Assembly: GCA_041663165.1 (NCBI GenBank)
Contig: JBAZRF010000005.1
Coordinates: 502 to 64,501 of the forward strand
Reading direction: 5' to 3'
Source of the DNA: Minisyncoccota bacterium
Lineage (GTDB): Bacteria > Patescibacteriota > Minisyncoccia > Phycocordibacterales > XYD1-FULL-46-19
DNA: 64,000 nucleotides
A program made the translations under genes and the position numbers. This document shows positions 1 through 8,082 of the stretch, one piece after another (position 1 is the stretch's first letter; every line of letters starts with the position of its first letter). The notes beneath the pieces are model-generated. The model was not told where the DNA came from. It saw only the letters and a list, made by a program, of their open reading frames with translations, and did not search any database.

Positions 1-12
1 TACTTTAATGTT

Positions 13-2502
13 ATGGGCGGTAAAATCTCTAATCATACTTCATCAATGTCGATTATTGGCGGTACAAATTTATCTTTGCCTAGGATAAACGGTCTATCTG
101 TCTCTCAAGAGCTGGTTGGTAATTACCTGTACATGGCTTTTCAAACAATGGTCCCGACTGATGTGCTGAGGATTGTTGACGTAACAGATTTGTCCAATCC
201 GACTGTTATTGGCGGAGACAGCCTTAGTTTTCCCATCCCTTCTGGTTCGCCCGGGGATAGTGCCGCTCGGTGTATCGATGTGAGTGGCAAGTACGCTTAC
301 TTGGGCTTTGAAGATTTTACGCCCGGCGATTATAAAGATTTTCGAATTGTCGATGTTAGCGACCCCAAAAATCCATATATTGTCGGCGGGAGCAATTTGG
401 AATTTTCCGCGCCAATTAGGGGCATTAAGGTTATTGGTAAATATGCTTATTTGGCCGTTTATTCTCCGGTCGTTGGCGAAGGTTTTGCAATCCTGGATGT
501 CTCTGATCCAACCAACCCTCGGCGAATTAGTCCAGTCAGTATTTCTGGACTACAGGGCCATGTCAGAAGTGTCGATATCCAGGGTAAATATGCCTATGTT
601 GTCTCTTATATTTCGGCCGGAACTAACATCATGCGAATTCTCGATATCAGCGATCCCACTAATCCGGTTGTGGTGGGCGGCAGTGGTATCAGTCTACCCG
701 GTTATGGCCGGCAGATTAAGGTTGTCGGCAAATATGCCTATGTCATTTTCGATGCCTTTGGTACCGCCCAAGGTATTGATAACGGGCTAGCGGCCAATGA
801 GGTTTTTAGAATTGTTGACGTCTCCGACCCCACTAATCCGGAGGTCGCGGGCGGTAGTAATCTTAATTTTGCCCATATCGATGATTCAAACACTTCCGGT
901 TCTAAATCAATGTGGATTGCCGACCAGTACGCCTATGTCATGGATAGTGTTGAGAACAGTCTTAGGCTCATTGATACTTCCTCGTCAACCAACCCGACCT
1001 TTATCGATAGGCTGGTTTTTGGGATTTCGTCTTGGTCAGTCATTGCTTCCGGCCATCACGCTTTTGTCGGCTTCAATCCTGGCCCAGTTGGCTATGGCAC
1101 CGATGTTTTAAGAATCGTCGATATGGGTGGATTTGATAGCTTTGCTGGCGATATCAGCTCACTTCACGCGGGCAATCTTAGTGTTGTTAATGATGCCACA
1201 ATTTTCGGCCGGCTAAAGGTTTTTAACGGTCTAGTCGTTGACAGTTTGGGTATTTATTCTAACGGTGTCTTGACGGTAACGGCGACCACTTCGGCCTCAT
1301 ATCTTGCCGGCGGTTTGGGTATCGGTTCTTCTACCCCATCAACAATGCTTACCGTCTCGGGAACTTCTACTTTGCGCGACGTTATCCCCGAGGCCAACTT
1401 AACTTATACTCTGGGAGATATTGGCCATCAATGGAATTCGTTATGGGCCAAGGACGCTCTCTTTTCTGGTAATTCAACAACGACGGGCTTTTCGGCCCTT
1501 TCGACAACGACACTGGCCTTTGATTCTAAAATTGGCAACACGACACAAGGTTATTTATCGGTCGAGAATTATTATATGGGGACCATTCCGCCAAACACTT
1601 TTGAGCCAGGTGTGCCCGCCGTTGATACTCCGAGCTACATTCCCCTTATTAGATTTTCTAGTCCTAATTTGATTATAGACAATGGCGCTGGCGGCATTGC
1701 TGATACGCTCTTTATCACTCAAACCTCTGACGACAGTGATCCCTCCTTGGTTTTTGGCGCCAAGGATTTTATCGCTGGGGCTGAGACAACTCTAAATGGA
1801 GGAATACTTAACTATGCTACAACTACTCACACCTTCTTTTTCACTAATGTTGACCAAAATCCGATTGAATTGATTGTAAACGGTAGCACAACAATCGCCG
1901 GTCTAACTGACAATGGCGCCGTCTATTCCAATAATGGACTTCTTACCAACACCGCTCCGTCTTCAATGGAGTACAAGAATAGTATTGCTACCACCACGTT
2001 AAATATCGATGCCCTGCTCGGTTTACAAGTCAAGTCATTTAATTGGAAAAACAATGGTCATCAAGATTATGGCTTGATCGCCGAAGACATTAAAGAAGTT
2101 TTACCCGAACTTTATCATGATGACGGGGTAACTAAGGGTTATCGTCAGGATCATCTGGTCTTTTATCTCCTGCAGATTGCTCAACGTCAGGAAGCCGATC
2201 TAAAGGCACTAAAGGCGGCTCTGGGTGTGGATAGTTTAAGCATTGGTTCTGATGGCAGTCTTACTTTTAAGAAGGTAACGATCGGTGATTTAATTGTTGA
2301 CCAGGGTGTAACTATCAAGGATCGGGCAACTGGCCAATATACCTGCGTCTACGTTGAAAACGGAGTAATCAAAACAAGTATTGGCGAGTGTGCCATAGGC
2401 GCAAGCTCTAATGCGTCGGCTAAGAGCGGATCGACTGACGGTGGCGAAGAGGCCAGCTCCACCCTATCTGATAGAGAGACCGGGTACGGTACTAGCCCCT
2501 AA
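13..2502 (+). CDS. Large surface protein with N-terminal LVIVD-type beta-propeller repeats and a C-terminal peptidase S74 intramolecular-chaperone (tail-spike/endosialidase-like) autoprocessing domain. Probably 5'-partial, since the reading frame is open to the window edge.
   Basis: The motif 'V/LDxSDPTNP' recurs at least 7 times in the N-terminal half. The C-terminus reads 'LNIDALLGLQVKSFNWKNNGHQDYGLIAEDIKEVLPELYHDDGVTKGYRQDHLVFYLLQIAQRQEADLKALKAAL', which matches the S74 chaperone-domain pattern (YxWK..G..HYGFIAQEV..V.PE....D..G...V.Y..L..LL). Confidence 0.6.
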   Translation: MGGKISNHTSSMSIIGGTNLSLPRINGLSVSQELVGNYLYMAFQTMVPTDVLRIVDVTDLSNPTVIGGDSLSFPIPSGSPGDSAARCIDVSGKYAYLGFEDFTPGDYKDFRIVDVSDPKNPYIVGGSNLEFSAPIRGIKVIGKYAYLAVYSPVVGEGFAILDVSDPTNPRRISPVSISGLQGHVRSVDIQGKYAYVVSYISAGTNIMRILDISDPTNPVVVGGSGISLPGYGRQIKVVGKYAYVIFDAFGTAQGIDNGLAANEVFRIVDVSDPTNPEVAGGSNLNFAHIDDSNTSGSKSMWIADQYAYVMDSVENSLRLIDTSSSTNPTFIDRLVFGISSWSVIASGHHAFVGFNPGPVGYGTDVLRIVDMGGFDSFAGDISSLHAGNLSVVNDATIFGRLKVFNGLVVDSLGIYSNGVLTVTATTSASYLAGGLGIGSSTPSTMLTVSGTSTLRDVIPEANLTYTLGDIGHQWNSLWAKDALFSGNSTTTGFSALSTTTLAFDSKIGNTTQGYLSVENYYMGTIPPNTFEPGVPAVDTPSYIPLIRFSSPNLIIDNGAGGIADTLFITQTSDDSDPSLVFGAKDFIAGAETTLNGGILNYATTTHTFFFTNVDQNPIELIVNGSTTIAGLTDNGAVYSNNGLLTNTAPSSMEYKNSIATTTLNIDALLGLQVKSFNWKNNGHQDYGLIAEDIKEVLPELYHDDGVTKGYRQDHLVFYLLQIAQRQEADLKALKAALGVDSLSIGSDGSLTFKKVTIGDLIVDQGVTIKDRATGQYTCVYVENGVIKTSIGECAIGASSNASAKSGSTDGGEEASSTLSDRETGYGTSP

Positions 2503-2638
2503 TTTTTTGATAGCTTGTCCTGAGCGAAGTCGAAGGGTTATCAACAGCTTATCAAGGTTTTATAACAGAACCATTTGGATTAGAATGGTGAAGGTTTTGT
2601 TAGTTTTTATTATAAATTTTTAATTTTTTTGTAAAAAA

Positions 2639-4996
2639 ATGGCCAAAAAACAAAAAATTGCGCGAAAAATCATCAAAAAGGTCAAATCCGAGAAGAAAGT
2701 TTCTCTCACGGTTAAACAGATTCAAAAACGTGATGGGGTGAGAGTGCCTTATGATGAACAAAAGATCGTGAGCGCGATTGGCAAGGCGATGAAAGCGGCC
2801 GGCGAGGGGGGTTTGGCCGATGCCGAAAGGGTAGCTCGCTCGGTTCAGGCGGAGCTATTGCGCATTTGTTTGGCCAAGGGGGCTAAGACGAGCTCTGACT
2901 GTGTTCCCGCCGTCGAAGATATTCAGGATGTGGTAGAAAAACAACTTATTTTTCATCAATTTGCCACTACGGCCAAAAGCTACATTCTCTATCGCGAAAA
3001 ACGAACCGAGTTACGGCGCGAACGAGGCGAAGTCCCCACCAAGGTCCGTGAATTGGCCGCTGAAAGTAAAAAATATTTTCAAAACGATTTATCTGAATTT
3101 ATATATTATCGTTCTTACTCGCGTTGGATCGACGAGGAGAATCGTCGCGAAACCTGGGTAGAATCGGTTGACCGTTACCTCTCTTTCATGAAAGAGAACT
3201 TGGGCAATAAACTTAAGGAAACCGAATATGAGGAGTTGCGAGCAGCGATGCTCGCTCAAAGAGTGATGCCCTCGATGCGTCTAATGTGGAGTGCTGGGGC
3301 GGCGGCTCGGCGGACCAACGTTACCGGCTATAATTGCACCTATATGGCTCCAACTTCTTTTCAGGATTTGGCGGAAATTATGTATCTATCGATGTCGGGT
3401 TGTGGTGTTGGTTTTTCGGTTGAGAGTCAGACGGCTCAACAATTCCCAATCATTCAGCGGCAGAATGGTAAAATAAGAAAAACTCACGTTGTTGATGATA
3501 GTCGCGAAGGTTGGTGTGATGCCTTGGTTATTGGTTTGAAGACGTGGTTTGGCGGCGAGGACATTGAATTTGATTATTCACAATTACGACCAGCTGGCGC
3601 ACGCCTTAAAACAATGGGTGGGCGATCTTCGGGACCCGAACCCCTTATTGCTTTGATGCAATTTACCCGTAGCAAGATTCTCAGCCGTCAAAGCAAGCGT
3701 TTACGCAATATCGATTTACACGATATTATTTGCAAAATCGGAGAAGTCGTTGTCTCTGGTGGTGTGCGCCGAACGGCGATGATTTCATTGTCTGATCTCG
3801 ACGATTATGAAATTCAGCATGCCAAGGATGGTCAGTTTTATATGACCGAACCACAACGCGGTTTGGCTAATAATTCGGCCGTTTTTAACGAAAAACCATC
3901 TTCGGCCGAATTTTTGTCAGAATGGATTTCGCTGATGAAAAGCGGTTCGGGCGAGCGAGGAATTTTTAACCGCGGTTCGTTGCAAAAACAATTGCCGAAG
4001 CGCCGTTGGGAAAAATTTGAAAAAGACGCCCCGACTTGTGGCATGAATCCATGCGGCGAAATTGTACTCAAGTCCAAACAATTTTGTAATTTAACTGAAG
4101 TGGTGGCGCGGGCCGGCGATACCGAACAAGACTTGCTCGATAAAGCCCGTCTGGCAGCAATTTTAGGCACTTATCAAGCTAGCCTAACCCATTTCCCTTA
4201 TCTCTCGGAAGAGTGCAAAGAAAATTGTGAAGAGGAGGCTCTGCTGGGCGTTTCGATTACTGGCCAATGGGACTGTAAAACTGTGCGCAATCCGGAAATT
4301 ATGCGCAAAATGAAAGACGAGGCTGTCCGGGTTAACAAAGAATATGCTAAGCGCTTTGGCGTTAATCGAGCAACCGCCGTGACCTGTGTTAAACCTTCTG
4401 GCACTGTCTCTCAGCTCGTTGATTCGTCCTCGGGTATGCACCCGCGACATTCTCGTTATTATGTCCGGCGTATTCGCATTTCAGCCACGGACGCGCTTTT
4501 CAAGATGATGAAAGATCAGGGCTGTACCTATTATCCAGAAGTTGGCCAGACCATGGATAGTGCTAACACCTTTGTTCTTGAATTTCCAGTTAAAGCGCCT
4601 GAAAATTCTATCTATAAGGATGATCAAACCGCGATTGAACAATTAGAGTATTGGAAGATGGTTAAAGAGAATTATACTGAACATAATCCATCGGTGACAA
4701 TCTCAATCGGCGAAGATGAATGGGTCGCGGTGGCTGATTGGCTCTATAAAAATTGGGATATTATCGGCGGCCTTTCCTTCCTGCCGCGCTCGAATCATGT
4801 TTATAAATTAGCGCCTTATGAAGAGGTTGCTAAGGAGCGTTATGATGAGATGGTTAAGAATTTCCCAGAACTCGATTTTTCGAAGATCGTACTCTATGAA
4901 CAAGACGATCAAACTCAGGGTTCGAAAGAATTGGCCTGTTCATCGGGTGTCTGTGAAATCGATATGGCACCGACAAGCGAAAAAGAGAAGAAATAG
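2639..4996 (+). CDS. nrdJ: Class II (adenosylcobalamin-dependent, monomeric NrdJ/RTPR-type) ribonucleotide reductase with an N-terminal ATP-cone.
   Basis: An ATP-cone is visible at 'VKQIQKRDGVRVPYDEQKIVSAIGKAMKAAG'. The protein is 785 aa with a C-terminal CxxxxC pair ('CSSGVCEI'), as in L. leichmannii RTPR. It has no NrdD glycyl-radical/Zn-ribbon tail. Confidence 0.55.
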   Translation: MAKKQKIARKIIKKVKSEKKVSLTVKQIQKRDGVRVPYDEQKIVSAIGKAMKAAGEGGLADAERVARSVQAELLRICLAKGAKTSSDCVPAVEDIQDVVEKQLIFHQFATTAKSYILYREKRTELRRERGEVPTKVRELAAESKKYFQNDLSEFIYYRSYSRWIDEENRRETWVESVDRYLSFMKENLGNKLKETEYEELRAAMLAQRVMPSMRLMWSAGAAARRTNVTGYNCTYMAPTSFQDLAEIMYLSMSGCGVGFSVESQTAQQFPIIQRQNGKIRKTHVVDDSREGWCDALVIGLKTWFGGEDIEFDYSQLRPAGARLKTMGGRSSGPEPLIALMQFTRSKILSRQSKRLRNIDLHDIICKIGEVVVSGGVRRTAMISLSDLDDYEIQHAKDGQFYMTEPQRGLANNSAVFNEKPSSAEFLSEWISLMKSGSGERGIFNRGSLQKQLPKRRWEKFEKDAPTCGMNPCGEIVLKSKQFCNLTEVVARAGDTEQDLLDKARLAAILGTYQASLTHFPYLSEECKENCEEEALLGVSITGQWDCKTVRNPEIMRKMKDEAVRVNKEYAKRFGVNRATAVTCVKPSGTVSQLVDSSSGMHPRHSRYYVRRIRISATDALFKMMKDQGCTYYPEVGQTMDSANTFVLEFPVKAPENSIYKDDQTAIEQLEYWKMVKENYTEHNPSVTISIGEDEWVAVADWLYKNWDIIGGLSFLPRSNHVYKLAPYEEVAKERYDEMVKNFPELDFSKIVLYEQDDQTQGSKELACSSGVCEIDMAPTSEKEKK

Positions 4997-5051
4997 CTTT
5001 TTCGCCAGTTCCCTCTTTGCTTTACTTATAAATCCATGTTATAATGACCAG

Positions 5052-5352
5052 AGCTGGCCAGTAGGCAATTGCTCTGTATCGCAAGATATGGGGAGGAAAG
5101 TCCGAACACTCCTCTGTTTCGGCAGAGAGCATGGTAGCGGGTAACGCCCGCCTGGCGCAAGCCACGAGGTGCGAACAGAAACGACCCGGTTTAGTCCGGC
5201 TGAAACGTGCTAAATCCTTACCTGGGTGCAAGGCCGTGCCCCGAGAGAAATCGAGGGGAGTGCCGCTTGAGGCTAACAGTAATGTTGGTCCCAGATAAAT
5301 GATTGCCCTCCGCCAGTTGGCGGAACAGAATTCGGCTTATCGCTGGCCAGCT
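5052..5352 (+). ncRNA. rnpB: RNase P RNA (bacterial type A-like, compact, about 300 nt).
   Basis: The universal motif 'GGGAGGAAAGTCCGAACAC' is at 5092-5110 and 'ACAGAAACGACCCGG' follows. The 5' stretch 'agctggccag' (5052-5061) pairs with the 3' stretch 'ctggccagct' (5343-5352) to form a P1 helix. The region is GC-rich relative to flanking DNA and has no plausible ORF. Confidence 0.85.
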
Positions 5353-5359
5353 AACAAAA

Positions 5360-5386
5360 AACCCGAGTAGATCTCGGTTTTTTTGT
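5360..5386. terminator. Bidirectional rho-independent terminator (A-run, 'cccgag-tagat-ctcgg' hairpin, T-run).
   Basis: A hairpin at 5363-5377 is flanked by an A6 run upstream and a T7 run downstream. It sits between the rnpB 3' end and the stop codon of the convergent minus-strand HTH gene. Confidence 0.6.
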
Positions 5387-5598
5387 TAATCCGACAATTT
5401 GGCCCGTTTGGTTTGGGATGGCTTAGCTTTGGCTGTTTTGAGAAATTCTTGAATATGGGAGATCGAATAAAGGCGATAGCCATTTTGGGAATCGCGTTTT
5501 GAGCGTAGTTTGCCCTGTTTGTCCCAATTGCGCAGTGTCTCAATTGACACTCCGACGATTTCGGCCGCTGATTTAATTGTGACAAAACCTTTTTGCAT
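5386..5598 (-). CDS. Small excisionase/MerR-family HTH DNA-binding protein. The true start is the internal Met 'MQKGFVTIKSAAEIVGVSIETLRNWDKQGKL...'; the longer ORF in the track is a lysine-rich upstream extension.
   Basis: The HTH pattern 'VTIKSAAEIVGVSIETLRNWDKQGKLRSKR..GYRLYSISHIQEFL' matches the excisionase-family DNA-binding domain. An ATG (read on the minus strand) is at 5598-5596. Confidence 0.5.
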   Translation of the reverse strand: MQKGFVTIKSAAEIVGVSIETLRNWDKQGKLRSKRDSQNGYRLYSISHIQEFLKTAKAKPSQTKRAKLSD

Positions 5599-5610
5599 AT
5601 TCAAAATATT

Positions 5611-5634
5611 GCTAGTATTATATAATACTAGCAT
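5611..5634. promoter_or_regulatory. Perfect 24-bp palindrome TGCTAGTATTATATAATACTAGCA in the divergent promoter region; candidate operator for the adjacent HTH protein.
   Basis: The perfect inverted repeat was read directly from the sequence. Its centre, TATATAAT, resembles a -10 element. It lies between the minus-strand HTH gene (start 5598) and the plus-strand gene starting at 5663. Confidence 0.5.
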
Positions 5635-5662
5635 TAATAGCAAAAATGAAAACATAAATCTT

Positions 5663-8077
5663 ATGGAGGGAGAAACCCGCGTTAAATCTTTCTGGTCTTT
5701 CGACCGCTTAGCCCTGTTTGTTTTAACGGCTGGTTTTCTTATTTTACCGATTTTTACTCTACCCCTCTGGGCGACATCGCTTGAGATTAGTAAACACTTA
5801 CTTTTAGTTTTGACAGTTTTTGTTGCTTTCACCTTTTGGCTACTTGGGCGCTTACAGGCCGGTAAATTAGTTTTACCCAAAAATTTAATTGTCGCTGGGG
5901 CCTTTATCGTCTCATTAATTACCCTTTTATCAGCGGCCAGCTCTGGTTCTTTTTGGAATTCTTTTTCTGGCCTGGGTTATGAACTCGATACCTTTCTTAC
6001 TATCTTTAGTTTGTCCCTGCTCCTTTTTCTTTTTGGCATTTATTTTCAATCTCGCAAACGTTTTCTGACAGCTTATATCGGTGTTTTTGTTGTGGCGATC
6101 ATTTTCTTTGTCTTGGAGCTTTTGGCCGTAATTGTTTTACGCACCAGCGCCCTTAGCCTACTTAAGCCCTTCTTTCTTCTGCCTTTCAATAACTTGCTCA
6201 CTAGCCTTATTGGCAAATGGTACGATTTTGGCGTTTATTCTGGTTTTATCCTACTGTCTTCTCTTATTATGCTAGAATTCTTTTCCCTAAAGAGAATGCC
6301 GATTTTCAAAGGTTTCATTGCCACTTGTTTCATTTTGTCCTTAATTTGTTTGGTCCTCGTAAATTATTTACCAATCTGGATTGTTTTGGGGATTGCGGCG
6401 CTAATTCTCTTTGTCTACAAAATTTCTTTTTGGGAGGCCAACTCCGATAAAGAGGAGGGAGAAAAAAAACAAGTTAGTAAAGTCTTCCATCCGTCATTCG
6501 TCGTTATTTTAATTGCTTTACTCTTCATAACTCTTGGCGGCTCTGATAAATTAGGGCAAAACATTAGTCGCTGGCGAGATGGTTGGGGGGTCTCAGTTTT
6601 TGAAGTTAAACCATCGTGGCAAGGGACATGGAATGTTGTTGAGAAATCTCTAGTTGGCAAAACCTTATTGGGAGCTGGTCCCAATCGCTTTGTTAATGAA
6701 TGGATAAAGTTTAAGCCCGCCGCGGTTAACAATACTCTTTTTTGGAATATTGATTTTCGTTATGGGGTGGGGCTCTTACCCTCCTTGCTTGTTACCACCG
6801 GACTTCTGGGACTTCTGGCTTGGCTCTTTTTCTTTGGGGCTATTCTCTGGTATGGTTTGCGTTTTATTTTTACCACGAAGCAAGACCGGAGTACTCGAGC
6901 TTTACTTCTGCTCTCCTTCTTGGGGTCGGTTTATCTTTGGTTATTTACCATTATCTATGTTCCTGACACCGCTCTTTTAGCGTTAGCCTTTATGGTTACT
7001 GGTTTGTTTGTGGCGATTTTAACCGATACCCAAATTATTAAATATGGCGAAATTTCTCTAATTGAGAATCCTCGACACTCTTTTGTGGCGACGCTTGTTT
7101 TTGTTGTTCTGATCATCGGAACCATTGCCGTTGGCTATCTTTCTTTGCAAAAATATGTTTCAGTTTATCTTTTTCAGCGAGGATTGACGGTTTTAAATCA
7201 ACCGGGTGATCTTGATAAGGGTCGGATGCTAATTAGTCAGGCGGCGAGCTTAAGCGACCAAGATACTTATTACCGAACTTTATCCGAAATTGATTTGGTT
7301 CAGATTAATCGCTTGCTCGCTGATTCGAAATTAACAAAAGAAGAGTTGCGCGTTCGTTTCTTAGCTCAAACCGACTCAGCTATCAAAAATGCAATCAAGG
7401 CCACAACGCTTGATTCACAAAATTATCTAAACTGGTTAGCTCTCGGCCGCGTCTATGAAGCCCTTGTGCCTTTAGGAGTCGATAAGGCTTACGAACAGGG
7501 ACAATTAGCCTTTAATCGTGCTAAGCAATTAAAACCAACTGATCCTTCAATTCTCTTAGACTATTTCGCTCGTTTAGAGATCAGTAATAAAAATCTGGCC
7601 AAGGCCCGTGATTATGTCAAAGATTCTTTAGCGGTAAAAAATGATTATGCCCCAGCCATTTCTCTGCTGTCTCAACTTGACGCTCAAGAAGGCAATCTTG
7701 ACGTCGCCGCCCGTCGCCTCGAAGAATTTTTGGGGATCTATCCTCAGTACAACGATGCTAACCTCTATTTTCAGCTCGGTTGGCTTAAATATCAGCGTGA
7801 AAATTATCGAGGAGCAATCTCGGCCCTAGAGCAAGCGGTGACGATTGTCCCAAATTTCTCTAATGCCAAATATTTCTTAGGATTAAGCTATGATCGGATA
7901 GGGGACAAAGCTCTAGCTCTAAAACAATTTCAGGAAATAGCCAAACTTAATCCAGGAAATAAAGAAGTAGAGCAAATAATAAGTAATTTATTGTCCGGTC
8001 AGGGATCCCTTGCTCCCGTCTCGGCGGTTACGTCTACCTCCACTAAAATGGCCACGACAACTCCTCGAGTTAAATAG
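5663..8077 (+). CDS. Polytopic membrane protein (about 12 TM in the N-terminal 450 aa) with C-terminal TPR repeats; O-antigen-ligase/polymerase-like architecture.
   Basis: The N-terminal half has many hydrophobic segments. The C-terminal roughly 300 aa carries TPR-like repeats ('YYRTLSEIDL', 'LALGRVYEAL', 'AKYFLGLSYDRIGDKALALKQFQEIAKLNP'). The start was taken at 'MEGETRVKS' (ATG 5663), downstream of the palindrome. Confidence 0.45.
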   Translation: MEGETRVKSFWSFDRLALFVLTAGFLILPIFTLPLWATSLEISKHLLLVLTVFVAFTFWLLGRLQAGKLVLPKNLIVAGAFIVSLITLLSAASSGSFWNSFSGLGYELDTFLTIFSLSLLLFLFGIYFQSRKRFLTAYIGVFVVAIIFFVLELLAVIVLRTSALSLLKPFFLLPFNNLLTSLIGKWYDFGVYSGFILLSSLIMLEFFSLKRMPIFKGFIATCFILSLICLVLVNYLPIWIVLGIAALILFVYKISFWEANSDKEEGEKKQVSKVFHPSFVVILIALLFITLGGSDKLGQNISRWRDGWGVSVFEVKPSWQGTWNVVEKSLVGKTLLGAGPNRFVNEWIKFKPAAVNNTLFWNIDFRYGVGLLPSLLVTTGLLGLLAWLFFFGAILWYGLRFIFTTKQDRSTRALLLLSFLGSVYLWLFTIIYVPDTALLALAFMVTGLFVAILTDTQIIKYGEISLIENPRHSFVATLVFVVLIIGTIAVGYLSLQKYVSVYLFQRGLTVLNQPGDLDKGRMLISQAASLSDQDTYYRTLSEIDLVQINRLLADSKLTKEELRVRFLAQTDSAIKNAIKATTLDSQNYLNWLALGRVYEALVPLGVDKAYEQGQLAFNRAKQLKPTDPSILLDYFARLEISNKNLAKARDYVKDSLAVKNDYAPAISLLSQLDAQEGNLDVAARRLEEFLGIYPQYNDANLYFQLGWLKYQRENYRGAISALEQAVTIVPNFSNAKYFLGLSYDRIGDKALALKQFQEIAKLNPGNKEVEQIISNLLSGQGSLAPVSAVTSTSTKMATTTPRVK

Positions 8078-8082
8078 CCAGA

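Noticed and set aside
5386-5880. The full 164-aa version of the minus-strand HTH ORF, and the 5510 start of the plus-strand membrane protein ORF.
   Set aside because: Both extensions run through the 24-bp palindrome and promoter region and would overlap each other. The internal Met starts (5598 on the minus strand, 5663 on the plus strand) give compact, non-overlapping divergent genes.
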